A DNA stretch of 64,000 nucleotides from NCBI GenBank assembly GCA_002189035.1, contig NEEC01000015.1, positions 2,232,001 to 2,296,000 on the forward strand, in the 5' to 3' direction. Below are positions 49,987 through 63,769 of the stretch, one piece after another. This DNA comes from Utricularia gibba. Lineage: Eukaryota > Plantae > Magnoliophyta. Below the pieces are notes generated by a model. It made no database searches. It saw nothing but the letters and a program-made list of their open reading frames with translations, and had not been told where the DNA came from. Numbering within the stretch: the stretch's first letter is position 1; every line of letters begins with the position of its first letter. The translations under genes and the position numbers were made by a program.

Positions 49987-50473
49987 CATCAGCAGATGAT
50001 GAGGTAGGTATTTTGGGAACTAGAGGTGACATGTTTTGGTTGTATAAAACTGTCAACTTAGTAGAAGGAATGAGCAATTCCCTTTTGTCTGAACGGAACC
50101 GGAGATATGAATGAATGGAGGAATTCCTTTCTTCCTTGGAGTAAGTATTTTTACAAGCTGACATCAAACAATGTTGCTTAAGCTAATGAAAGGGACCAGC
50201 TTTTTGATCCACAACGATGATGGCGCCTAGCAGAATTTTACTCACACCCCAGTAATCAGCATCACCGCCTGCATCTCCAATGAGTAGTGGTCCACGCGCC
50301 GGGATCTTTCCCGGAGACCGCCATGGACCTTTTCATTGTGGTACTCGATAGATCTTAACCACAAACATGGGCACGAGGGTCATGATAACTCACAGAGCTA
50401 TATGAGAAGAAATACATATGATAAAGTCCGAGATATGTGCAGGCTTAAAAATGCACAGAACTTTGGAATGTGG

Positions 50474-53085
50474 TCACCAGTAGTCTCCACAAGAACACGA
50501 ACCTCTGCTGAAGTGATGGAAACGGTTAGAATCCCTTACCACGATGTCTCTCCCTTCCAGTTCTGATATCAGCTTAAACACTGTGTGACAGTCACCACAG
50601 ACTCTCAGATTCTTTATGATTCGTATTGTGATGGAATGAGGCAGGGAAATCAAACCGAATGCAAGAGCGAGCCGCTCACTATGACGAGATAGAATCCTTT
50701 CCTTCTGTTCCTCCTCGATATCATAGACTACATATGTCGTGTCCGGCTGATACCCGCGTTCCTCAGTCTAGTACTAAGTTCCCCCAGTTTCAAGTAAATC
50801 TGCGCTGATAAAGGGTGTGAAACATCACCTGCTATAAATGAGTATGTTTTATTCTTAACCTCAATCCAGCTATACCCTGTTTCCTTTTTCACCTGTCTCT
50901 CATCCATCAGGCTTCTCACTCTTGCCCTCTCTCTCCATTTCCCAGCTGCCGCATACAGATTACCCAACAAGACATATGCTGCTGAGTCCTGTGGCTGGAT
51001 TGCAATTAGATTCTCGGCTGCAAGCAGACCAAGCTCCAGATTTCGATAAATTCGACAAGCAGCCAAGAGGGTGCGCCACACCATTGGACCTGCTGGAAAT
51101 GGCATTTTATTGATAAGAGCAGTAGCATCCTCCAGCATCCCTGCCCTGCTGTATAGATCAACCATGCATGAGTACATCTCCATGGTGGGAACAATCTGGA
51201 GCTTGTTCACAGCCATGTCAAAGTAAATTTCACCTTCCTTGACCAGCCCTGTATGAGTACAGGCAGAGATGACAGCAACAAATGTAATCTCATCCATTTC
51301 AATGTTTCTATCTCGCATCTCCTCGAATAAGCTCAATGCTTTTTTCCCATATCCATGTTGAGCAAACCCTGTAATCATCGAATTCCAAGAGACCAGGTCT
51401 CTTTCCTGCTGCCTTTCGAAAACTAAATTGGCACTTACGATATCCCCCTTTTTGGAATACATGGTTACAAGAGCACTGCTCACAATGAGAGCATTGCTGT
51501 AAGCAAATTTGATCAAGCTTGCGTGGAACTGTTTACCTTGCTCTGTGGCTGCTGAAGGTAAAGCACATGCATTTACGATACTGGAGAATGTGAACTCATT
51601 TGGAAGCACGCCCTCATTTACTAACCTTATGTAAAAATGTACGGCTCCTTCAGTGTTCTCTTCCTGTACATATCCAACAAGCATTGCCGACCAAGCAACT
51701 ACATCCTTCTCATCGATCAGTTCAAAGATTTTTGCCGCTTCATTGATCCTTCCCAACTTCATGTACGCATCAAGCAATGCTGTTCCCACTGAAGTTGAGC
51801 TCTCATAGCCAGTCTTAACAATGTCTCCTTGCACTTGAAAAAATGAAGTGTTTGAAAGAGCTGAAATAATGGTTGAGTAAGTGTAGTGGTTTGGCCTGAC
51901 CTCTTCTCTTCGCATTTGAAGAAATAGAGTTATGGCATTGGAGTCTTCACCGTTCTGCTGTAAGCCTTTGATCATTGCTGTCCATGAAACGACACTTCGA
52001 ACTCCATCCGAAACTGAGAACAACTTGGCTGCATGACTCATCTCACGAACTCTCAGGTAACAAAACATAAGGCCTGTTCTAATGTTGCCAAAACCACTAA
52101 ATCCAAACTTGATTATCTGACTATGTATTTGTTTGGCCAAGCTTCCATCTGTGAAGGTTGCACATAACTTAACCATGGTTACGAATGTAGTATCTGTCAA
52201 CTTTATGGCAGCGAGTCTCATCCAGCGGAACAACTCAAGTGCCTTGAAGTTGAGTCCATTTGCGACAAAACCCGCAATCATTCCATTCCAAGAGACTGCA
52301 TCTCTAGATTCAGTTTCGGCAAATGCATCCTTTGCCTCATTTATCATTCCAGATTTTGCATACATGCTGACCAAAGAGTTCCCCACCACTCCCAATGAAC
52401 CAAATCCGCACTTGACAACCATGGCGTGAACCTGAGTTCCAGCCTCGGCCACATGTCCATCGGCCAGAGCCCCAAGAATGGTAGCAAATGTGAAAGGATT
52501 TGGTTCAACATCCTGAACCCTCATCTGTCTAAACAGTTGAAACAGTCCTTCGATCATCCCGTTCTTTGCATAACCTGTGAGTAATGAAGTCCAAGTTACT
52601 ACGTTGGGCTCTCTCATCTCATCAAACAGCTTTTTCCCATCTTGCAAATACCCATTTTTCATGTACATATCTACGAGAGAAGTGCCAACACTGACATCCA
52701 CACAAAACCCATTCTTGATGCATTGGCAATGTGCTTGTTGACCAAAAACATGATTGCACACGCTGGCAGAAGCTTTAAGCACGCAAGAAAGGCTGCATTG
52801 GTCGACTAGCACACCAGCATGGTTAATATCAGCATACAATCTCAACGCTTGCTCATAAAGCCCATCTCGTGAGTAGTCAAAAAGGAGGCTGTTGTAGTAA
52901 CCAATATCCCTAGGGGGAAATTCATCAAACAAACTGTGGGCATTCCCAAACTGTAATAAATCTAACCGTGCTCCGTAGCTTCCAGTGCCATGTGCAGCTG
53001 TAGCTGAGTGGAAAAACCTAAATATTTGAACTGAATCGATAAAGCTGGAAATAGTTTTGGGGTGCCCTCTGCAAACAACATTCAT
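50474..53085 (-). CDS. PLS-class PPR protein with E and DYW domains (resembles At2g27610); 1-bp break at 50753-50755
   Basis: 785-aa PLS/E ORF. Adding one G gives [10 protein letters not shown]...[12 protein letters not shown]...NLRVCGDCH...SCSCGDYW* (TGA 50474-50476). Confidence 0.93.
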
Positions 53086-53660
53086 AGCAAACTTTGACAG
53101 AAACTATCTGAGAGATAAACTAAATAGGAAGAACTTGATCTCTGTTCGACGGAAAATCTTAAATAAACTTCTCATCTCTTCACATGGCAATAAATACCAA
53201 CAGTTGACATAATTCAATTCATCAATACCTTAATAACAGTAGGTTTCTAGCGGCTATCCCAGGAAGCAAAAATGGCTTTTTTACCGAGTATCAGGGCTTC
53301 CTCCTCTCCTCACCGTTTACCGATCTTCGAATCAAGCCCTCTTCTACACCGGGCGTTAGTTAACCTAGTTACCCTTTTCTGGGCTTCTTTTTCCAATTAC
53401 CGTGAATAATTCTTTCTCGTCTGTTGAATCTTGTTTGATTGAACTATCCCTCTTTCAAATTCTGGAACCTTGTCCTTCACCCCCTCATTCTTCTAATCTT
53501 CTGTGCTGAATGTCAGGGTTGGGTATCTTTTCTTTGGCCAAAAACATGGCTTTTATGCCAAAATAGATACTTCATTGGCTGTTTTTGGGGGGAATCTTTT
53601 TTTTTTGTGTGTGTTATACGTATTGCCAAATTAATGTGAAGGTTTTTCAAACTGTGGGAG

Positions 53661-56600
53661 ATGATAGCAGAAAAACCCAGTTGGATTAGGCATGGAGGCA
53701 CCCAGATTTTCTCCATCGATATTCAACCTGGAGGACTCAGGTTTGCTACCGGAGGTGGTGATCACAAGGTACTTTTTCTTTCTTGAATTGGGAATGGGAG
53801 GAATCCGAATTGAATGGCAACTCCATAGGTGAACCAAAAAAATTGACGCTGTTACACCTCTACAAAATTCCATTCAAGTCAAAACTGTCTTTTGTATCTT
53901 GTGTCTGCTACCACCATTTATTTCTTCGTGTTAGTTCTTATGGAGTTAAGGTGTTTATATTGTCTATCCAGGTCCGTATATGGAACATGAAACCTGCTGG
54001 CCGGGAACTGCAAATCGATGATTCAGTATCAAAACTTCTGGCAACTCTGCGGGATCATTTTGGGTCTGTTAACTGTGTTAGATGGGCTAAACATGGACGG
54101 TATATTGCATCCGGCTCTGATGGTCAAGTTATTCTCATCCATGAGAGAAAACCCGGTTCAGGAACAACGGAGTTTGGCAGTGGAGAGCCACCTGATGTTG
54201 AGAACTGGAAAGTTGCTATGACCCTGAGAGGGCACACTGCTGATGTGGTAATTAAATTTCACCGTACGATACGTTCTGCAAACAACAAGAAACTAGAGCA
54301 TGTTTGTCATGCTATTTCTAGTGATTGACGAATTTTCGTGCACTCTCTAAAGCTCAAAACAAACAATAGGTTTTCTTTCGAGGGGCTGTTTTATTTTTAT
54401 TTTTTTTGTTCCTTGAACTATTTCATGCTTATTCTGATCAAGTTGGTTGATTTTTCTGGTGGTGAAAGTAGGTGGATCTTAATTGGTCTCCGGATGATTC
54501 AGCACTGGTGAGTGGAAGTCTGGATAACACCATTCATGTTTGGGACATGAGTAACGGCATTTGCATGGCTGTTCTGCGAAGTCACTCAAGTCTGGTTAAA
54601 GGTGTAGTTTGGGACCCTATAGGTTCATTCTTAGCTAGCCAGTCGGATGACAAAACAGTCATAATTTGGCGAACAAGTGACTGGAGCATTGCACATAAAA
54701 CCGAAGGTCATTGGGCAAAATCTGTAAGTTGGTACCTTTGTCAATGGTTTATGTCATTGAGTGTCCTCGTTTCAATTTTTATCAAATGATCAGTGTTGTT
54801 GCTGAGGCAGCTTTTCTTTTTATTTTTTTCAGTGCCTCATGTTTCTCAAATATCATCTTTGCAGCTTGGATCCACTTTTTTTAGACGGCTTGATTGGTCT
54901 CCTTGTGGGCATTTTATAACGACCACACATGGTTTTCAGAAACCACGCCATTCTGCACCTGTTCTTGAGAGAGGGGAATGGTCTGCAACTTTTGACTTCT
55001 TAGGACATAACGCTCCAATCATTGTTACTAAGTTTAATCATTCAATGTTTAGAAGAACTTTGTCAAGTGCTCAGAGCTTCAAAGCTGCAGCAGTTGGGTG
55101 GAGCAATGGCACCAATGGTTGCTCAAAGAATGAAGTAAAAGATTCGCAACCATATAATGTGATTGCCATTGGAAGTCAGGATCGTACTATAACCGTGTGG
55201 ACTACTGCAAGCCCTCGCCCCTTATTTGTGGCTAAGCATTTCTTTTCTCAGAGTGTTGTCGATCTATCTTGGTAATTTTTATTTCAAACGTTTATGCAAT
55301 ATTGAGGGAACCTGGGACTGCTGTTTCGTGTTTCACCTGATTTGTGTACAAACTTCTCCATGGTTGCAGGAGCCCTGATGGATACTCACTGTTTGCTTGT
55401 TCTCTGGATGGGACAGTTGCAACATTCCATTTTGATGCTAATGAAATCGGACATAAGTTAACTGATGCTGAACTAGATGAACTAAAACGAAGTCGGTATG
55501 GCGATGTTAGGGGCCGTCAGGGTATCCTAGCTGAATCTCCAGGACAATTGCAGCTTGAAGCAAATTTCGCAAAGCAGAATCAGAATAAAAGGCCAAAGAC
55601 TGCTGTCTCAGATGGCCAGTCATCAGCAAAAGCATCTGCTGACCTGGTTCTTCCTCCAAGAACCAACAATATTCCCGTTAGTGATGGAAAGGTAACCGAA
55701 AATCCCACAAGTAATGGATCCAAAAAAATCAGTTCATCCAAGGTGACTAGTCCTGTGAGGCAAAAGGAGTATCGACGACCTGATGGTCGTAAGAGGATAA
55801 TTCCAGAAGCAGTTGGAGTAGCTGCCCAGTCCAGATCTCTTGAGTTCCCTTCCAATTCCCCTGTTCAAAATAGGACTGAAAATGTTGCAGTTCATAATAA
55901 TTCTGGTACTGTAGCAGGATCAACTAGGGCAGCTGCCAGTGTAAGTTCTATTCCAAAAGATCGTTGTGGTGTGACAGCCAGAGCGTTTGTCAGTGAAAGT
56001 TTGGTCATTGAGGAAGTTCCAGCGGATGGAAATAAAGAACCTAGTAATCTTGTTGAGCAGGTTGGTATTTCGAATTCTAGTATTCTCTCTATAAGAGTAC
56101 ATGATAAAAAACAAGGGGGAGATGTGGTACCATTTTGCTTGCAAGCTCGTCTGAAAGAGCAACCGGCCAGTGACATTTTATGCACAGGAAAAACATCTAC
56201 CATCAAAGAAACTGTGCTCTCTTGTACAGCAGGGCCTCAAACTCTTTGGTCCGATAGGCTATCAGGGAAGGTCACTGTCATGGCTGGGAACTCTAATTTC
56301 TGGGCTGTTGGCTGTGAAGATGGATCACTGCAGGCTAGTATAATATTGAAATTTCTTATTTTAATGCCAAAGTTTCTCATTACAGTGCTGATAATTTTTT
56401 TTTTTCTAGATTTACACTAAATGTGGAAGGCGCGCAATCCCAACCATGATGATGGGATCGTCAGGTGTATTTATTGACTGTGATGAGTTCTGGAAGTTGC
56501 TGTTTGTCACCAGGAAGGGAGCCTTATATGTTTGGGATATTTATAACAAGAAATGTATACTTCACGATTCATTGGTTTCACTAGTAAATTCAGGCATGAG

Positions 56601-57769
56601 CTCAGAGGTCAATGATACTGGTAAGTTTTTTCTATTTCAGCTGTTTTATATCATAACAAGTTATGGTTTTGAGTCCTTCCTCTTCTTTAGGTACAATTAA
56701 GGTTATATCAGCTAAATTGTCCCAGTCTGGTTCACCTCTTGTTGTCTTGGCTACGCGAAATGCATATCTCTTCGATATGAATCTCTTCTGCTGGCTTAGA
56801 GTGGCAGATGATTGCTTCCCAGCATCACATTTTGCTAGTTCTTGGGGCTTAAGCTCAACTAACGGAGGTGAACTGTCTGCCCTTCAGGTTGATGTTAGGA
56901 AATATCTAGCACGTAGACCAGGATGGAGCAGGTCCATGTATGTCTCTCTGTTGGCCTATCATTATTCCTCTCATCCCGAATATTTAATCTTTTGCTGTGC
57001 TCCATGCAGAGCGACTGATGATGGTATGCAAACACGGGCTCACTTGGAAGCACAGCTTGCATCAGCCCTTGCTCTGAATTCTCCCAATGAGTACCGCCAA
57101 TGTCTTCTCTCTTATGTTAGATTTTTAGCAAGGTATGAACCGCTCACAATGCACTGAGATAAGCTCCCAGTTCAGGCTTTCTGAGATGCCATCTTCGTTT
57201 TGGTATACGTAGGGAGGCCGATGAGCCTCGGTTACATGAAGTTTGCGAGAGTTTTCTTGGACCTCCCACTGGAATAGCAGAAAGTTCCCAGAGCCTTAAA
57301 GAATCTGGTTGGGATCCATGTGTTCTTGTAAGGCCTCAGTCTTACCTCGTTTCTTCTGTTTTCACCCAAGGAACTAGGAAAAATGTGCTTGTAACTTTGG
57401 CAGGGAATGAAGAAGCATACGCTCCTGCGAGATGACATTCTTCCAGCTATGGCTTCCAACCGGAAAGTCCAACGTTTGCTTAACGAGTTCATCAGTCTCT
57501 TAGCGGAGTACGAAACACCAGAAACAGATATCCAGACCACAAACCCATCTGAAGACAATGCAGAGTGCAATAACAAAAACAAATCTTGTTCAACTACAGC
57601 AGCTGCATCGGATGCAGCTCAACCGGTGACCAGCGCTGCTGATGGTTCTCTGCAAACATCAGGAGATGATCACATGGACATTTCGACGAAGATCGACGAC
57701 GGACGAGGCGCTCCGGAGGCGATGGCCGTCGACCCGCCTGCGTCACAATCAACAGCAAAGGATTCTTGA
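53661..57769 (+). CDS. HIRA: Histone H3.3 chaperone HIRA
   Basis: [38 protein letters not shown]40 repeats, B-domain [15 protein letters not shown]-terminal Hira domain [16 protein letters not shown]...[16 protein letters not shown]. Confidence 0.96.
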
Positions 57770-58096
57770 GTGTTCCTGGTGGTAGATTGTGTGGTGTCAT
57801 ACTTAGGAAGCAACCCTCCTTTTTGTTTACAGGGAAACAGTCATGTTTACTTCATTCCGTGACAGAAATTCTGAAATTGAAGTGTTTTTTTTATTAAAAA
57901 AAATCGTTTTATTCTCGATTTATGAATAATATATTTAAAAAAGAAAAAATGTTAACATCCGGTTGGGTATACTGGGCCGGTATCATTAGGTTTGGTCCAA
58001 GGGCGGAAAGAAGCCCAACGGCAATCTCGTCAATAAAATGAATCAGGAAAGCCCTAGAATGGCAACAGTGCATATCAGATCTTTTCGCGAGAGGCA

Positions 58097-58105
58097 AAAC
58101 CCTAA
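58097..58105 (+). promoter_or_regulatory. Telo-box upstream of RPP2, with site II motifs at about 57972 and 58012
   Basis: AAACCCTAA 18 nt before the ATG; TGGGCC and AGCCCA upstream. Confidence 0.7.
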
Positions 58106-58123
58106 GATCGCTGGTCGTGAGGA

Positions 58124-58966
58124 ATGAAGGTGGTAGCAGCTTACTTGTTAGCGGTTTTGGGCGGAAATGCCTCTCCGTCGGCGGAGGAGTTGAAGGATAT
58201 TCTGGGCTCAGGTACTTTCTGTTCAGTAGGAATCTTGGTGATTTCATGGGGCGTTAAGTGTTTGTTGATTGAATTGTATTGGCTGTTATGGGTTATCTTG
58301 CTAGAAATAGGTAAGCAGCTGTGTTTTTAGTTTATTGAAACAATGGAAACGTCTGGATGGCTTAAGCGGGATTAATGAATCAGAAGATCATTTTTTTCTG
58401 TAATGGTGCGACCATTTTGGTTTGTTTGGTGAATGTTAGTGGCACTAATTCCTGCATTGAGTTTGTTTCATTTAAAGGCTAGTTTTGATTAAGCTCCGGC
58501 AGTGCATGTGAACGCTACATTCTGCTTTGTTGATTGTTTATTGCTGATATTCTCTATTGTGTTCAATTAAAGTAGTGATGCATGGTGTATCCCTGTGTTT
58601 GCAGTTGGGGCTGAAGCAGACGATGAAAAAATTGAGTTATTGTTATCCCAAGTCAAAGGGAAGGACATAACTGAATTGATCGCCGCTGGAAGAGAAAAAT
58701 TAGCCTCCGTTCCTGCTGGTGGTGGTGGCGGTGCTGCATTTTCTGTAGCTGCACCTGCTGGAGACTCCGCTGCTCCTGCAGCAGCTGCTGCCGAGACAAA
58801 GAAAGAGGAGAAAGTAGAAGAGAAAGAGGAGTCGGATGATGTAAGTTTGGTTATGGCTTAAATTTCTAGAACAAGCTTGCAATACCTCAGTCTCCTTTTC
58901 GATACAGACTAAATTTCATTTATGCTCCGTACTTTGCAGGACATGGGATTCAGTCTCTTCGACTAA
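58124..58966 (+). CDS. RPP2: 60S acidic ribosomal protein P2
   Basis: [15 protein letters not shown]...S|[37 protein letters not shown]...EEKEESDD|DMGFSLFD*. Confidence 0.97.
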
Positions 58967-59482
58967 GAAGTTCGTCATGGAATAGCATTTCAGCCCTTTC
59001 TGTTTCAGTAAATTGAGGACTCCAAATTTTGATGCTTAAACATCATTTCTGCCATAAAAAAGAGAGATGTTTGTTTTGTGTTTATCAACATTCCTGTGAT
59101 GTATTGAGATACTTCTACCTGATTTTCATACCCTCTTATGGTGTTGGGGTAGTTTGTTGGTCATTGTTATGCAGATCTTCATGCCACCAAACCAAAAGCA
59201 TCCTGTTTCTAACAGTGCCTGAGGCATGTGTGCAGACTGCAGAGATTCCTTGAAGGAGGGTTGCTTAATATTTAAAATATTAATTATATGAAAAATGAAA
59301 AATGTTATCAGAAAATACTGAGCAATAAATATGAAAAAGATTTCCGAAGTAAACCGCGAATGTAAAATTGAGCTTTTAATGGGCCATTCTTAGGGCCGAA
59401 CCTGGTGGCCCAAATTGTTTTTCATTCTCTCTCCCCTTTTAAGCGAAAGGTACGCCGTAGTGCTATCTACGCTTCACAGACC

Positions 59483-62274
59483 ATGACTGGATTCATGGCC
59501 GAAGAGAAACAAGCCGGGCTGTTGCTTATCCCGCCTGAGTGTGCAGATTCAATGCAAGAAACGGTTTTCAAGGATAAGCTTGTTGTGATCATGGGGGCAA
59601 CTGGATCAGGCAAGTCAAAGTTAGCTATAGACATTTCGGCACACTTCCCTGTGGAAATCATCAACGCTGATTCCATGCAGGTATACGCTGAACTGGATTT
59701 TAATGGTGTATGTACTTGGCGTTGGACGGGGAAAAGAGTTTATTGATATTATGGTTGTAATGGCTGTCGCTTGTGTTACGTGTTTTAGGTTTATGAGGGA
59801 TTGGATGTGCTGACCAATAAAGTTCCTATTCATGAGCAGAAAGGTTAGTGCTTTATCCATTTTTTTTGATAGGCGTCTCGATGCACTCGGAATCGCGATC
59901 GTTTATTTAAAAAAAACCACGCTTGATTATGATCAGATGATCATCCCGCAAGCGTCATAAAAGTCACTGGTGTTTTCACGTGTTAAAAAATCACGTGTTT
60001 ATGTGTTTCTTTTTACTTCTGGTGGCAGGAGTTCCGCATCATCTTTTGGGGACAGTTAGCCGAAATGCTGAGTTTACGGCAAAAGATTTCAGGGACTATG
60101 CAATTCCGGTTGAATGACTTGCCTTTCCTTGGTGTAATTCAGTGCGTTATTGTGATTTGTGTTCCTTTTCTGTTTTCGTTTGAGGGTTTTCTAGAATACA
60201 AGTCATTGTGCCAGTTAGTCTTTGATTGAGGCCCAATGGTTTCTCTGTTGAAAGTTTTCAGGTCTTTTTGTTCAAAATAAAACACATAGTGCGGATAATA
60301 TTTCTGCTCTCTTAACCTTCATCCTCGTTACTTTTCAGCTCATTGGTGCGATATGGTCTCGCAATCACTTGCCCGTAATAGTTGGTGGAACAAACTACTA
60401 TATTCAAGTTAGTCGCACCTCTTTCTTTGTCTTTTTTTTAGGTTGCTTAGAAAGCATACATAGATAAGAATGATTGTGGTGATCTTTATCTCACAAGGTG
60501 GGGGAGCCATGTTGATTGTATGCTTACTACCAATGAATTTTTAGTTTATAAACTCAACAATCTTGCATTCCCACTTAAATGCTCTTAGAAGTACTCGTGA
60601 TGGTGTATATGTTACTCATTTTTAATCTTCTTGTGCTATTCTCACCAGGCTCTTGTGTGCCAGTTTTTGTTAGACGACCATGTCAAACAGCTAGAAGGAG
60701 ATATTTTGCTCGAAGATCCAGGTGAAAGAACCACCTTCTCACGCTTTCCTGTATGTGTGATGCAACTATTGCCTAGAAAGCATTTGGAGAAATTATGGCC
60801 TCCTTACAGGGTTAACGATGATGATGCCTATTCATACGATCATCTGAAGGAGGTTGATCCTGTGGCCGCAAACCGAATACATCCTAATGATCATAGGAAG
60901 GTAGGCGAACTTGCTACATGCTGATGTGTTCTATGTATTATTTGGTGCACTCAGTCTTATATTTTCAAATGTCAAAGGCCAAGCAGTATCTGAATCTGTT
61001 TTCGCGCTTTGGTCTTGTTCCAAGTGAGCTTTTCCAGGGGAGAATGATGCAGGTTTGTACTTGATCCCTTCTTTTATCATTTGAGTAATCAGGTCACTTC
61101 TGTTTCTGAAGATTGTTAACAATGGCTGCGTCTAAGTTTTATGACTTGAAATTGTCAAGAAAAAACACGGCTAATTAGTTATGCTTGGAACATGGCAGTG
61201 CAGAGCTGGGGCAAAGCGGATAACTTGATATGTGACTGCTGTTTCATATGCCTAGATGCATCTCTAACTGCGTTGGACCTGTATGTGAATCAAAGAGTTG
61301 ACGCCATGGTTTCTTCTGGTCTGCTTAGAGAAGTGTTTGAGATTTACAAATTCAATGCTGATTACACACGAGGACTGAGGCAGGCCATCGGTGTTCCTGA
61401 ATTTGAGGATGTTCTGAGATGTTGGAGCACTGAATCCAGATGCACTTCTCGTTGTTCTGAGATGTTCAATAAACAGATGCTTCAGATCTTGCACTCCTCA
61501 AACGAGAACCCAACAAAGCTACTTCTCAAAGAAGCCATTGAGAAAGTAAAACTGAACACAAGGAGACTTGTTCGTCGCCAGGTGATAAAAATCTCTTTGA
61601 ACCGCTTGCAGTTTAATTCATCGGTGAATGCAGCACTGCCCAACTGGTTCAGCTGATTTATACAGAAAAGAAGGCTTGTTAAGCTTCAGCTTCTGTTCAA
61701 CTGGGACATACATTTCATCGATGTTACAAGCTGTCTATCATGTATGCTTGCCATCCTTTTTTTGTAGCTTGACTTCTAGAGTCATGTCAATCTATGGTGA
61801 ACTCTAACTCGCAGGTGCTTCTGAAAACATATGGACTATGAACGCTGTGCACCCAGCTGTCAACATCATCAAATCCTTCCTGGAAAAAACCACGACTGAT
61901 AGAAGTGAACAACAAGAGACGAAACTTGCCAGGAGTGACCTGTGGACGCTTCACGTTTGTCAGGTTTACCTGCACTAACTTTCCTGCCGCCTCTGCTCTC
62001 TTTCATAGCACCAAAAGAAGGCACTGGATATGCAGTCACCAACTTCACGCATACATTTCACTTGGTTAACAATAGATTCAATGCGGCCAATAGCTATGTT
62101 ATTGTGCTGAAGAGTTTCAGTCATTCCTTGCAGGCCTGTAACAACAAAGAACTCAGAGGAGAACATGAGTGGGAGCAACACAAACAAGGGAGCAGGCATC
62201 GGAAACGAATTTCTAGTCTAAGAAAGTCGGGCATGCTTCCGAGTCAGACCTTGGCTGATCACTCAAGTTCATAG
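59483..62274 (+). CDS. IPT2: tRNA dimethylallyl/isopentenyltransferase 2 with C-terminal zinc finger; two 1-bp breaks (60809-60811, 61030-61032)
   Basis: P-loop [15 protein letters not shown]|[56 protein letters not shown]|ACNNK...[15 protein letters not shown]. Confidence 0.93.
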
Positions 62275-62888
62275 ACAAGCCTTATCAGTTCTCCCATGTA
62301 TCAGGGTACATTTTCATCAGGAATCAAAGTGAAAACAAGCAAGTAAATGGTGTTTTTTGATGACATATCAGTATCCTTGATAAACCTTTATTTTGCCTGC
62401 ATGAAGCAGGTTGTTGTGAGTTACATAACAAAAGATGCGATTGAAATGAAAGAATGAAATTATTCCAACTTGAATTCAAAGGGAGAATGTGGTCCAAGCA
62501 TATATGCAAATGGGGAAGAATAAATGAATGAATCTGATATCCTCTACCCACTTCTGCCTGGCTCATTAGCTCCACCATTTGAACTTCATGTTGCAAGGAT
62601 AGAACTCTGGAGCCCTTTTCTTCAATGCTGCTGCTGCCTCCCCTGACTGTGCGCTTTTACGCATCAAATGTTGTAGAAACATCTGATAGCAAGGGCTGCG
62701 CTCTGAAAAGAACAGAGTCGTTATGGATTCCCTGCTGCTGTTTAGTGCTACAGAGTACAGACATCCTTATTCCTTTACCTGGTTTATGTTTTTACTTTAT
62801 TGATTGTATGCGCAAAAAGGAATTATTTGAATTTCCACTTTACAATTCGATTAATAGGTTTCTGGGAATGTAGAAAATAATGCAAACT

Positions 62889-63769
62889 CTAAATGCTGTT
62901 ACAGGCGTGGGCGTAGATCATCAACGAGAACTCCAGTTTGTCTTCGTCCTTGGGAAGGAGCTTCTCCTCCAACCAGAGGCGGCTGTCGAACCCAGCTCTG
63001 GTTCTGAACAAGAACCGCCCGCAACCGGGGCCGGAACTGTGGAACCAATCGTGAACATCCCACAGCAAATCCACGAGCAGTCCATCTAGAAAAATGGTTT
63101 GATTCCCGCGAAAATTCCACTGCAATCGCTTCACGCGAATCACGGGTTTCTTGTCAATGCTAACGGACAGGACTGGACTCTTCGCCGTCTTGCTTTCGAC
63201 GCCGCATCGGATCAGAATGTTGTGGGAGTTTCCGGCCTCGGAGAATCTTGCCCTGGTGGAATAACACAGGGCATGCCCTGAGAAATGCTCCTGCCGTGAA
63301 ATTAAAGAACATCCCCCACCGAAGAAGACGGTTTCATCTTCTTGTCGCCGAGGGAGAGGATGGGCTCCGAATCGGCAGTCATCAGGATGAAAAACCCGTC
63401 AATGGGTTTCGGGCCGGATCCGTAGCGGGCGGTGGTGAGATCCCAGGTGAGTTCAACACTGACGCCGTGAAAATCAACCGTCTTTGCGCCTTTGCCCTTC
63501 CGGAAGAATCTGGAAGCTGTGCTGAGCTTCACCGCCGCCGCCACGTCGTCATTCAGGGCGATGCTGAGGCCATGGTGCTGAGAAGAAGTGGAGCTCCTGC
63601 ACCAGGTGAGAGTTACAAAAATCCTCTTCTGGGAAGAAGGCACCACTGCCCTGTACAAACATGTGACGGAGGTCTGAAGGGACGGCGCCAATTCCTGCGC
63701 CGGAGAAACGCAGGCACCGGCGGAAACTTGAACCGCGTACTCACCGAAACAGGATCCCAAATCTCTCAT
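62889..63769 (-). CDS. DUF868 family protein, intronless; 1-bp break in C5 run at 63313-63317
   Basis: MRDLGSCFGEYAVQVS, VTCLYR, TLTWCR, WDLTTARYGSGPKP; after repair SLISRQEHFSG...VIRVKRLQWNFRGNQTIFLDGLLVDLLWDVHDWF...FSLMIYA. Confidence 0.9.

Noticed and set aside
60722-60809. In-frame read-through of an IPT2 intron, suggesting exonisation
   Set aside because: The read-through is open only because of the probable missing G at the acceptor-side run; the splice signals are canonical.
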